Source: Microcystis aeruginosa NIES-2549
GTDB lineage: Bacteria; Cyanobacteriota; Cyanobacteriia; Cyanobacteriales; Microcystaceae
NCBI RefSeq assembly: GCF_000981785.2
Contig: NZ_CP011304.1
Span: 210,001-242,000 of the forward strand
Direction: 5' to 3'
DNA: 32,000 bases
This document shows positions 17,593-25,404 of this stretch, one piece after another (positions within the stretch are counted from its first letter, which is position 1; every line of letters starts with the position of its first letter). Made by a program: the position numbers and the translations under genes. Below the pieces are notes generated by a model. The model saw only the letters and a list, made by a program, of their open reading frames with translations. It was not told where the DNA came from and did not search any database.

Positions 17593-19980
17593 ATGCTAGA
17601 CCAAATGATGAAGATGTTGGAAGGGCAACAAATAGGCCCCTATCGTCTTAATAAGTTTCTCGGTGCCGGTGGTTTTGGGGGTGTATTTCATGCTAGTGAA
17701 ATGGTCAGAAATACATCGGTCCAAGAAGTTGCTATTAAAGTTATTCCCGAAAGTAGCGATGATAAATTAATTGAATTAACAAATGCCAGAAAGTTAGAAC
17801 ATTCTAATTTAATTAAGGCTTATTCAGTGGGGGAATTTACTTTTCTCAATACGGAGATGCTTTATTTAGTGATGGAATTGGCACAGGGTAGCCTAGAAAA
17901 TCACATCGCTAAAGGCGGTTTGTCAGCGGATGAGATTAAAAATATTACTGCTCAAGTCGCCCAAGGTTTAAATTATCTTCATGGACAAAATAAAGTCCAT
18001 CGAGATTTAAAACCGGGTAATATCCTCAAGGTTAATCAACAATACAAGTTAGCAGATTTTGGCTTAATTAGAACCTTAAATAACAAAAGTCACACTCAAA
18101 CAGTCCACAATAGCGGTACAATTATTTATATGCCTCCCGAAGCCTTTAGGGGGGATATTTCCTCAGCCTGGGATCTGTGGTCATTGGGTATTATGTTAAT
18201 CGAAATGACCACTAATCAACTTCCCTATAAGTTTAATAATGATATTCACCAGTTAATGGCGAAGGTGATGAATTGTGAGCTACAAATCCCTAGTTTACCG
18301 AAAGAGTTTAAACAGATTATTGAAGGGTGTTTGCAAAAAGATAGAAAACAAAGATGGACAGCACAACAGGTTTTAAATGCCTTACAACCTCTGGGATGGA
18401 CTTCTCCCCCGTCACCTCCACCAGCACCGGCAGCAGTCAAAAAGCCTGTTTCACCAATACCCCTAATTGCTTCACCTACTCCATTTACCGAAAAACTACC
18501 CAACGGAGTAACACTAGAGATGGTGAGCTTACCAGCAGGTAAATTTCTCATGGGATCTCCTGACAGTGATTCTGATGCTTGGGATTCTGAAAAGCCTCCA
18601 CACCAAGTTAAAGTCAACAGTTTTGCGATTGGGAAATATCCAGTGACTCAGGCACAATATGAAGCGGTAATGGGAACCAATCCCTCTCGGTTTAAAAACA
18701 ATCCGCAAAATCCGGTAGAAAGGGTTAGTTGGAACAATGCTCAAGCTTTTTGTCAAAAATTGAGTCAAATAACAGGGAAAACCTATCGCCTACCGACGGA
18801 AGCGGAATGGGAATATGCTTGTCGTGCGGGGACCACTACTCGCTATTATTTCGGTGATGATGCTAGTCAGTTAGGAGATTACGCTTGGTATAGCGCAAAT
18901 TCTCAGAGTAAAACTCATCCTGTGGGACAGAAAAAACCCAATGCTTGGGGACTGTATGACATGATTGGCAATGTTTGGGAGTGGTGCGAAGACGATTGGC
19001 ACGATAACTATATCGGAGCGCCAAAGGATGGATCGGCGTGGCTTATCAAGAACGATAATCGTTCTCAGTCTCTTAAGTGTCTGCGGGGCGGTTCTTGGTA
19101 CGACTACCCTAATCTCTGTCGTTCTGCCAACCGCAGCGGGGGCAACCCCCTCGGCGACTACATCAACTACGGTTTTCGGGTAGTGTGCGGTGCTGGGGGG
19201 AAAAGTATCGCTACTGTAACATCTACACCCCTACCTAAAGAATCGCCAACTCCACTGACAAACTTTACCGAAAAACTACCCAACGGAGTAACACTAGAGA
19301 TGGTGAGCTTACCAGCAGGTAAATTTCTCATGGGATCTCCTGACAGTGATTCTGATGCTTGGGATTCTGAAAAGCCTCCACACCAAGTTAAAGTCAACAG
19401 TTTTGCGATTGGGAAATATCCAGTGACTCAGGCACAATATGAAGCGGTAATGGGAACCAATCCCTCTCGGTTTAAAAACAATCCGCAAAATCCGGTAGAA
19501 AGGGTTAGTTGGAACAATGCTCAAGCTTTTTGTCAAAAATTGAGTCAAATAACAGGGAAAACCTATCGCCTACCGACGGAAGCGGAATGGGAATATGCTT
19601 GTCGTGCGGGGACCACTACTCGCTATTATTTCGGTGATGATGCTAATCAGTTAGGAGATTACGCTTGGTATAAAGGAAATTCTCGGTATAAGACTCATCC
19701 TGTTGGTGAGAAAAAGCCCAATGCTTGGGGACTCTATGACATGAGCGGCAATGTTTTCGAGTGGTGCGAGGACGATTGGCATAATAGCTATGAGAATGCG
19801 CCAAAGGATGGCAGTGCTTGGCTGACAAATGATACTGATTATCAAATAGTGCGGGGCGGTTCTTGGTCTTTTAATCCCAATGACTGCCGTTCCGCTTACC
19901 GCAGCAGTAACGACCGCCGCGACTACATCGACCTCACCATCGGTTTTCGGGTGGTGTGCGGTGCTGGGAGGACTCTGTAA
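17593..19980 (+). CDS. Hanks-type Ser/Thr protein kinase fused to two tandem FGE-sulfatase (SUMF1/C-type-lectin-fold) domains
   Basis: ATG at 17593 is preceded by AGGAG. Kinase motifs: GAGGFGGVF, AIKVI, HRDLKPGNIL, DFGL. A Pro-rich linker follows, then two units, each with ..GSPDSD..EKPPHQV.., RLPTEAEWEYACRAG, AWGLYDM.GNV.EWCEDDW, RGGSW...GFRVVCGAG. Confidence 0.9.
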   Translation: MLDQMMKMLEGQQIGPYRLNKFLGAGGFGGVFHASEMVRNTSVQEVAIKVIPESSDDKLIELTNARKLEHSNLIKAYSVGEFTFLNTEMLYLVMELAQGSLENHIAKGGLSADEIKNITAQVAQGLNYLHGQNKVHRDLKPGNILKVNQQYKLADFGLIRTLNNKSHTQTVHNSGTIIYMPPEAFRGDISSAWDLWSLGIMLIEMTTNQLPYKFNNDIHQLMAKVMNCELQIPSLPKEFKQIIEGCLQKDRKQRWTAQQVLNALQPLGWTSPPSPPPAPAAVKKPVSPIPLIASPTPFTEKLPNGVTLEMVSLPAGKFLMGSPDSDSDAWDSEKPPHQVKVNSFAIGKYPVTQAQYEAVMGTNPSRFKNNPQNPVERVSWNNAQAFCQKLSQITGKTYRLPTEAEWEYACRAGTTTRYYFGDDASQLGDYAWYSANSQSKTHPVGQKKPNAWGLYDMIGNVWEWCEDDWHDNYIGAPKDGSAWLIKNDNRSQSLKCLRGGSWYDYPNLCRSANRSGGNPLGDYINYGFRVVCGAGGKSIATVTSTPLPKESPTPLTNFTEKLPNGVTLEMVSLPAGKFLMGSPDSDSDAWDSEKPPHQVKVNSFAIGKYPVTQAQYEAVMGTNPSRFKNNPQNPVERVSWNNAQAFCQKLSQITGKTYRLPTEAEWEYACRAGTTTRYYFGDDANQLGDYAWYKGNSRYKTHPVGEKKPNAWGLYDMSGNVFEWCEDDWHNSYENAPKDGSAWLTNDTDYQIVRGGSWSFNPNDCRSAYRSSNDRRDYIDLTIGFRVVCGAGRTL
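18484..18892 (+). repeat. Intragenic direct repeat, unit 1 (5' part of FGE domain 1)
   Basis: Identical to 19264..19672 except for one base (18866 G versus 19646 A). The offset is exactly 780 nt (260 codons). Confidence 0.95.
19264..19672 (+). repeat. Intragenic direct repeat, unit 2 (5' part of FGE domain 2)
   Basis: See unit 1. The duplicated antisense ORFs in the supplied track (18529..18768 = 19309..19548) are a by-product of this repeat. Confidence 0.95.
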
Positions 19981-20022
19981 CCCTTTTTCTCTTTTTTACC
20001 CTTTTTCTCTTTTTCTCTTTTT

Positions 20023-20052
20023 CCCGCCGCTAGGCGGGTCGATTTTTTTTTT
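20023..20052 (+). terminator. Intrinsic terminator after the kinase-FGE gene
   Basis: CCCGCC GCTA GGCGGG (6-bp GC stem, 4-nt loop), then TCGA and a T10 run. It is preceded by a ~45-nt polypyrimidine tract with direct repeats (CCCTTTTTCTCTTTT x2). Confidence 0.7.
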
Positions 20053-20278
20053 GAGATTTTTAATGGCTTCCATTACTGTTAATATCTCAGATGAACAGTT
20101 GAAGACTTAATTAGGGTTTGCATAGAAGATTCGATTTTCAATTTCTGTCGATGGCGTTTGGAACAAGGGGTTAAGGCTTGTGTTCGATGCCATCAAATCA
20201 CTACAGATATGCCAATAATCCCAGATGATAGAGAATAGATATTTCCGAAAATTAAATATGCGTAACCTGAAACACTTG

Positions 20279-20488
20279 GTAGGGACAATTCATGAATTGT
20301 CCCTACATTTTTGGAGTATAAATCATGAATTGTCCCTACATTTTTGGAGTATAAATCATGAATTGTCCCTACATTTTTGGAGTATAAATCATGAATTGTC
20401 CCTACATTTTTGGAGTATAAATCATGAATTGTCCCTACATTTTCGGAGTACAATTCATAAATTGTTCCTACGTTTTCGGAGATGTCTA
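20279..20488. repeat. 28-nt perfect palindrome followed by a 33-bp tandem direct repeat array (4 perfect + 2 degenerate units)
   Basis: Palindrome GTAGGGACAATTCA|TGAATTGTCCCTAC at 20279..20306. Unit CATGAATTGTCCCTACATTTTTGGAGTATAAAT at 20291, 20324, 20357 and 20390 (identical); 20423 has 3 changes; 20456 is degenerate. There are no spacers. Confidence 0.95.
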
Positions 20489-20551
20489 ATGATGATACAG
20501 CTAGTCTCTCTGCTATAGTACAAAAGTAGTTTAGCATGATACCCCACTCAA

Positions 20552-20854
20552 TTAACTAAAAATCTTTTCAAGCGCGTTTTTTGTGCGATCGGGATCTAAT
20601 TCAATATAGCGCTGTAAATTCGCGATCGAAGCGTGTCCGCTCACCGCTTGAATTGTTTTAAGGTCGGTTCCCCGGCGTGACAATTCGGTGATACAAGAAC
20701 GGCGGCCGCAGTGAGTGACAATTTTTTTGTCATCCAGTCCGACTTTACACGCGGATTTTTTCAAATAGCTCTGGTGTTTGTTTCCCCAGCATATACCGGC
20801 ATCTGTCCCCTTTTGTGGATTAAATTTGTTAGATTTTGTAGTAGAAATGTTAAC
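20552..20854 (-). pseudogene. Tyrosine recombinase / phage-type integrase, C-terminal fragment only
   Basis: ..VTHCGRRSCITELSRRGTDLKTIQAVSGHASIANLQRYIE.. carries the H-x-x-R, G-H and catalytic Y boxes of the C-terminal catalytic domain. The frame is open upstream to 20854 but has no ATG, and the N-terminal ~250 aa are absent. Confidence 0.75.
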
Positions 20855-20868
20855 TTATCTTAAAATTT

Positions 20869-22251
20869 ATGCTGACCAGCACTGCTACCCATCCCGTCGG
20901 GGGAACAGCTATCGATCGCTTTGATTGTCGTCAAGTTTGGTATCCTATCTACTACGTCAAAGATTTAGACAAAAAGCAGCCCCAACGCTTTACCCTACTA
21001 GAAGAGGATTTAGTGATTTGGTGGGACAAAAATCAGCAAGAATGGCGAGTTTTTGAGGATAAATGTCCCCATCGCTTGGCTCCTCTCTCAGAAGGTCGTC
21101 TTAACGAAAGCGGACATCTAGAATGTCCCTATCACGGTTGGTCTTTTTCCGGAGGGGGAGACTGTGAATTTATTCCCCAACAACCAGAAAACAGTCAAGC
21201 TAACACCTCTCGACGCGCTTGTGTGCGGTCTTTTCCCACGGCTATCCGTCAGGGATTATTATTCGTTTATGCGGGTAATCCCGAAAATGCTCCCCTGACT
21301 GCGATTCCAATTATTGAACCCATGGAGGAGGATGCCGATGCTTGGATTTGTTTGGATACCTTCCGAGATCTACCCTACTCGGCCGTCACTTTAATCGAAA
21401 ATATTATCGATTCTAGTCATGTTCCCTATACCCATCATCTCACCATCGGTAATCGGGCCAATGCCGCTCCTATGGAGTTAGAAATTATCGAGTCCAATCG
21501 TCAGGGATTTAAGGGAATTTGGCCCGAAGGACCGCGTAAAGGTCAATTAGGTCAGCAATACAGCAATTTTATCGCCCCCGGATTAATTTACCACGATCTC
21601 ACCTCGGAAAAGTTCGGACGGACTTTAACAGCAGTCTATGCAACCCCCATCCGTCAGGGAGAATGTCGTCTCTTTGCTCGTTTTCCCTTTAAATTTAACT
21701 CTAAGCTGCCGAAATTCTTCATTAAGCTTACTCCCACTTGGTATTCCCACATCAATCAAAACGCTATTCTCGAAGATGATCAGATTTTTCTCTACTATCA
21801 AGAGCGTTATCTGCAAGCTCGGGGGGATAGTCGGAATTTTAGTCAAGCTTGTTATCTCCCCACGAAAGCGGATTTATTCGTGTTCGAGTATCGCAATTGG
21901 GTTAATCAATACCAAGCTGATCCTTTTGCCGGTCAACCTTTCCCCCCCCTACAATCAAAAGAGATTCTCCTCGAACGCTATCACTCCCATACCAAAAATT
22001 GTGCTGTTTGTCAAGGGGCTTTAAAAAATATTAATCGTCTCCGGGGGTTAACATTAGCGATCGCTATTATTCTTGGTCTATCTTTACCACTTTTAGCCCT
22101 AATTTTCGCTCAATCGGCCCTTGTTCCCGTGACAGTGCTGACAGCATTAACTGTCATTATGGTGGCAGTTTATTGGCGCTTGGGAGAACTGATAAAACAG
22201 TTTTATCAAGGACGGGAACTATTGCCGAGAAATACTGGTAAAAAGCGCTAA
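20869..22251 (+). CDS. Rieske [2Fe-2S] non-heme-iron oxygenase, PaO/Tic55-like
   Basis: Rieske motif CPHRLAPLSEGR..(x)..CPYHGWSF. Mononuclear-iron region ENIIDSSHVPYTHH. A C-terminal CxxC (CAVCQG) is followed by hydrophobic helices, as in the pheophorbide a oxygenase family. Confidence 0.88.
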   Translation: MLTSTATHPVGGTAIDRFDCRQVWYPIYYVKDLDKKQPQRFTLLEEDLVIWWDKNQQEWRVFEDKCPHRLAPLSEGRLNESGHLECPYHGWSFSGGGDCEFIPQQPENSQANTSRRACVRSFPTAIRQGLLFVYAGNPENAPLTAIPIIEPMEEDADAWICLDTFRDLPYSAVTLIENIIDSSHVPYTHHLTIGNRANAAPMELEIIESNRQGFKGIWPEGPRKGQLGQQYSNFIAPGLIYHDLTSEKFGRTLTAVYATPIRQGECRLFARFPFKFNSKLPKFFIKLTPTWYSHINQNAILEDDQIFLYYQERYLQARGDSRNFSQACYLPTKADLFVFEYRNWVNQYQADPFAGQPFPPLQSKEILLERYHSHTKNCAVCQGALKNINRLRGLTLAIAIILGLSLPLLALIFAQSALVPVTVLTALTVIMVAVYWRLGELIKQFYQGRELLPRNTGKKR

Positions 22252-22273
22252 AGCTACAGGAAAAGAGCGGAAG

Positions 22274-24484
22274 TTAGGGAACAGGTTCCTCATTATCCAT
22301 TTTCGGGGTTTGGTTTTGGAGAGATTGCTGAAGTTCTTGCCAGCGAGTTTCTGCCAGTTGTTTTTGTGTTTGCACTTCTCGGTCATTGGAACGATAACGA
22401 AGTGATTCTTGATAAGCTTGAATCGCTCGCTCGTATTGACCGAGTTTAAAGCAACTATTGCCTAAACTTTTCCAGGTTTCTGGGTTATCTTTTTGTCTTT
22501 GAATCGCCTGTTGATAGGCGATTATGGCTTGAGAATAGTCGCCTAAACGATACCAAGCGTTACCGATACCGATAAAAACTTCGGCTTTTCGGGAAGAAAT
22601 ACGGCGAGCTTTTTCGTAGGATGATATCGCTTCTTGAAATCTTTCCAGTTGATGAAGTAATGCCCCTTGATTTAACCAAGCTTGATAATAATTAGAATTG
22701 GCCTCAGTTGCTTGCGTAAATGCCTGCAAAGCTTCTGAGTTGCGGCCTAATTTTTGCAAAATAATCCCTTGACTATAGTGAGCTTGGGAAAATTGGGGAT
22801 TAAATTGTCCGGCTTTGCTATAACTTTCTAAGGCATCATTAATTTTATTTAATTGATAGAAACTATTACCTTTTTGATACCAAATTAAGGCATTATCTGA
22901 CTCGATCGCTAGAGCCTGATCGTAGGCTTTAACTGCCCCTTCATAATCCTCAAGATTTTGTAATGCCCAGCCTTTTTTATACCATATTTTGGCATCATTT
23001 TTTTGAAAAGTTAACAATTTTTCCAGAGCTTTTTGGGCGGCGGAATATTGTTGCAGTTCTAGATAGATATCGGCTTTACCTTGCCAAGCTTGACTAGCAG
23101 CAGCATTAATAGATAAGACCCGCTCAAAACTTTCTAAAGCCTCCTGATTTTTATCTAATTTATCTAAAGCTTCTCCGCGACCGAGCCAAGCTTGCCAAGC
23201 GGAATCCGGGTTAATTTGAATAGCTTTTTCGTAGGTATTTAAAGCTTCCGAGTATCTTTTTAAAGCTAATAAAGCATCGGCTTGTCCTTGCAATGCCTCA
23301 AGATAATCGGGATTAATTTTTAAGGCTTTACCATAGGAATTAATGGCATCAGTATAGCGTTTAAGTTGATAAAAAGTCTGACCTTGTTGATAGTAACTAA
23401 GAGAATTACGAGAATTTTGCCAATAGTCAAAACCCAGATAAGCACCAGCTATTAAGCCAATTGTCCCAAAGACAAACAAGATTTTTGTTAGCCAAGATTT
23501 CCCTTGACGAGCAACTCGACCTTGGGGTTTCACCGCCTGGGTAGTTTTCGGATCGAGATGATGAATTTTACCTAATTTTCTCAGAGCGATTAATGCTTCA
23601 CTGGCACTGGTATAACGCTGACGAAAATCATAGCGGATCATCCGATCAATAATATAGCTAAACTCGGCGCTAGTCATGGCCAAATGTTGCCAGAGAATTT
23701 CCCCCGTGCGAGCATCCAATGGAATATCTTCGGGAGCTTTACCGGTTAAAGCTTGTAATCCAATCATACCAGTGGCATAGATATCGCTACTAAAACGGGG
23801 ATAACCCTGGGCCTGTTCACTGGGGAAATAACCGGGGGTTCCGATAGCGACTGTAGAAACGGTTTTACCTTCTTTAACTACTTGAGTGCTAATTTGTTTG
23901 ACAGCACCAAAATCAATTAAAACCAATTGATCATCTTGACGGCGACGAATAAGATTGAAGGGATTAACATCGCGATGGATCACCTGTTTGTGATGGACAA
24001 ATTCCAGAATTGAGAGAATTTCTGTTAATAAAACTACTACTTTCTCTTCATTTTGCCTATAGACACCGGCAGTAATTTCTGTGGCTAAATCTTCCCCCTC
24101 AATGTATTCTTGCACGAGGAAAAATTGACCATTTTCCTCAAAATAAGCAAATAAACGGGGAATATGACGATTAATGCCCAATTCTTGCAGGATTTTCGCC
24201 TCGGTTTCAAAGAGTCGTCTAGCGATGGCTACAGTTTCCGCATCCCGGCACTGGGGTTGAAATTGTTTGATCACACAGCGATTTTGATTGGGTAACTGGC
24301 GATCGCAGGCCAAGAAAGTCTGTCCGAATCCCCCTTTTCCCAATTGACGGATAATTTGGTAGCGATGACTAAGGATTTTTCCGGCAGCGAGTTCCATAGA
24401 CGATGGCAATCCGAGGTTTTTTACTATTCTAGGCTTTTCGGCTCTCCTTTGCGGTCGATGGACAAAATGGGTAAATTCTGCCAT
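22274..24484 (-). CDS. Hanks-type Ser/Thr protein kinase with one TM helix and a long C-terminal TPR array
   Basis: Kinase motifs GKGGFGQTF, VIKQF, HRDVNPFNLI, DFGAV, GTPGYFPSEQ. TM helix ILFVFGTIGLIAGAYLGF. At least 10 TPR-like 34-aa repeats (..A...Y.KAL.I.P....A...). ATG at 24484 was chosen; the ATG at 24538 is an alternative. The longer ORF to 24679 overlaps the divergent gene. Confidence 0.88.
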   Translation of the reverse strand: MAEFTHFVHRPQRRAEKPRIVKNLGLPSSMELAAGKILSHRYQIIRQLGKGGFGQTFLACDRQLPNQNRCVIKQFQPQCRDAETVAIARRLFETEAKILQELGINRHIPRLFAYFEENGQFFLVQEYIEGEDLATEITAGVYRQNEEKVVVLLTEILSILEFVHHKQVIHRDVNPFNLIRRRQDDQLVLIDFGAVKQISTQVVKEGKTVSTVAIGTPGYFPSEQAQGYPRFSSDIYATGMIGLQALTGKAPEDIPLDARTGEILWQHLAMTSAEFSYIIDRMIRYDFRQRYTSASEALIALRKLGKIHHLDPKTTQAVKPQGRVARQGKSWLTKILFVFGTIGLIAGAYLGFDYWQNSRNSLSYYQQGQTFYQLKRYTDAINSYGKALKINPDYLEALQGQADALLALKRYSEALNTYEKAIQINPDSAWQAWLGRGEALDKLDKNQEALESFERVLSINAAASQAWQGKADIYLELQQYSAAQKALEKLLTFQKNDAKIWYKKGWALQNLEDYEGAVKAYDQALAIESDNALIWYQKGNSFYQLNKINDALESYSKAGQFNPQFSQAHYSQGIILQKLGRNSEALQAFTQATEANSNYYQAWLNQGALLHQLERFQEAISSYEKARRISSRKAEVFIGIGNAWYRLGDYSQAIIAYQQAIQRQKDNPETWKSLGNSCFKLGQYERAIQAYQESLRYRSNDREVQTQKQLAETRWQELQQSLQNQTPKMDNEEPVP

Positions 24485-24605
24485 TCTACTTTTTTCCCTA
24501 TAGAGAGGGAAAAAATTCCCTGTTGAGGGGACTGACATGACAGGCAGAAGAAAATAATCTAGAAATAGAGAAAGTTCACTGTTGTTTTTTGAGAGGATAA
24601 CCGCT

Positions 24606-25274
24606 ATGTCTATCAATCCTGTTACTAGAGCCAGCACAGCTTTACTGATTACCCTGCTGATGGGGTCGATGTCCGGCACTTTTCCCGTCCTCGCTCAAAG
24701 TAATATTAATCGGCCACGTCTCATCGCTCAACAAATCTCGATTCCGGCAGGAACAGTTATCCCTTTGAATTACGAGAAAGCCGATAAAATTTTAGTTTCT
24801 AAAAGTGATGTTATTCCTCTGACTTTAACCGTAGCCAGAGATATTCGTAACCGGAATGGGAGTGTGGTGATTGCGGCAGGAAGTGAAGTCAAGGGTACTT
24901 TACAAGCGGTGGGCCAAGGTGTGCGCTTTATTGCCAATGAAATTGCCCTCGATGGGGGTAATCGTACTATTCCCCTCAATGGCACTTCGCGATTAATTAC
25001 TACCACTGAAACCGTGCGTAAAGGGGCAAAAACTCAAGATATCTTAGCGGGAACCGTCGCCGGTGCGGGGGCAGCCACAGCGATTGCTGCTCTTACGGGC
25101 GATCGCAAGATCGAAGTTCTCGACGTTTTAGCGGGGGCAGCCGTGGGAACCCTTGCAGGATGGGGTTTACCGACGGCGGGAATAGTCGGTGGTAGTTCCG
25201 TGCAGTTATACTCTGTTAACCCCGATCGAGATTTAAATATTACCCTGCAATCGCCCCTAGTGATCAGAGATTAG
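24606..25274 (+). CDS. Secreted hypothetical protein with C-terminal glycine-zipper segment
   Basis: ATG at 24606 gives a signal-peptide-like N-terminus MSINPVTRASTALLITLLMGSMSGTFPVLAQ. The C-terminus GTVAGAGAATAIAALTG...LAGAAVGTLAGWGL is glycine-zipper-like. Confidence 0.65.
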   Translation: MSINPVTRASTALLITLLMGSMSGTFPVLAQSNINRPRLIAQQISIPAGTVIPLNYEKADKILVSKSDVIPLTLTVARDIRNRNGSVVIAAGSEVKGTLQAVGQGVRFIANEIALDGGNRTIPLNGTSRLITTTETVRKGAKTQDILAGTVAGAGAATAIAALTGDRKIEVLDVLAGAAVGTLAGWGLPTAGIVGGSSVQLYSVNPDRDLNITLQSPLVIRD

Positions 25275-25404
25275 TTAGGGTCTGCTGGCGGATTTGGTGT
25301 CAACCATCGATTTAAACGGAGCGATCGATTTGTTAGATTTTTAATAGTCCGTCTGTCAACCAATAGACAGAAACAGTCAAAACATCAGAATCAGAGATCA
25401 AAGT

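Noticed and set aside
18246-19548. Antisense ORFs inside the kinase-FGE gene (18246..18617, 18529..18768, 19167..19397, 19309..19548), two pairs being near-identical
   Set aside because: They are mirror images of the 780-bp sense-strand duplication. The sense frame carries clear kinase and FGE motifs.
17569-20200. DGR reverse transcriptase or template repeat near the VR-like tails
   Set aside because: No RT-like ORF was found. No third copy of CGGGGCGGTTCTTGG...GGTTTTCGGGT exists anywhere in the 32 kb, so a complete DGR cannot be called from this window.
20279-20488. CRISPR array
   Set aside because: The units are directly abutting 33-mers with no spacers, and no cas genes are in the window.
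20193-20537. ORFs of 114 aa (minus strand) and 97 aa (plus strand, 20225..20518) spanning the 33-bp array, encoding 11-aa repeats (NVGTIHDLYSK / HELSLHFWSIN)
   Set aside because: Both strands are open only because a 33-bp (3n) unit without stops is repeated. There is no RBS, and the unique ends have no recognisable fold, so this is treated as a DNA-level repeat.
24485-24679. 65-codon N-terminal extension of the TPR kinase ORF
   Set aside because: It overlaps the divergent secreted-protein gene and its promoter region and is hydrophobic and low-complexity. The kinase homology starts after the ATG at 24484 (or 24538).
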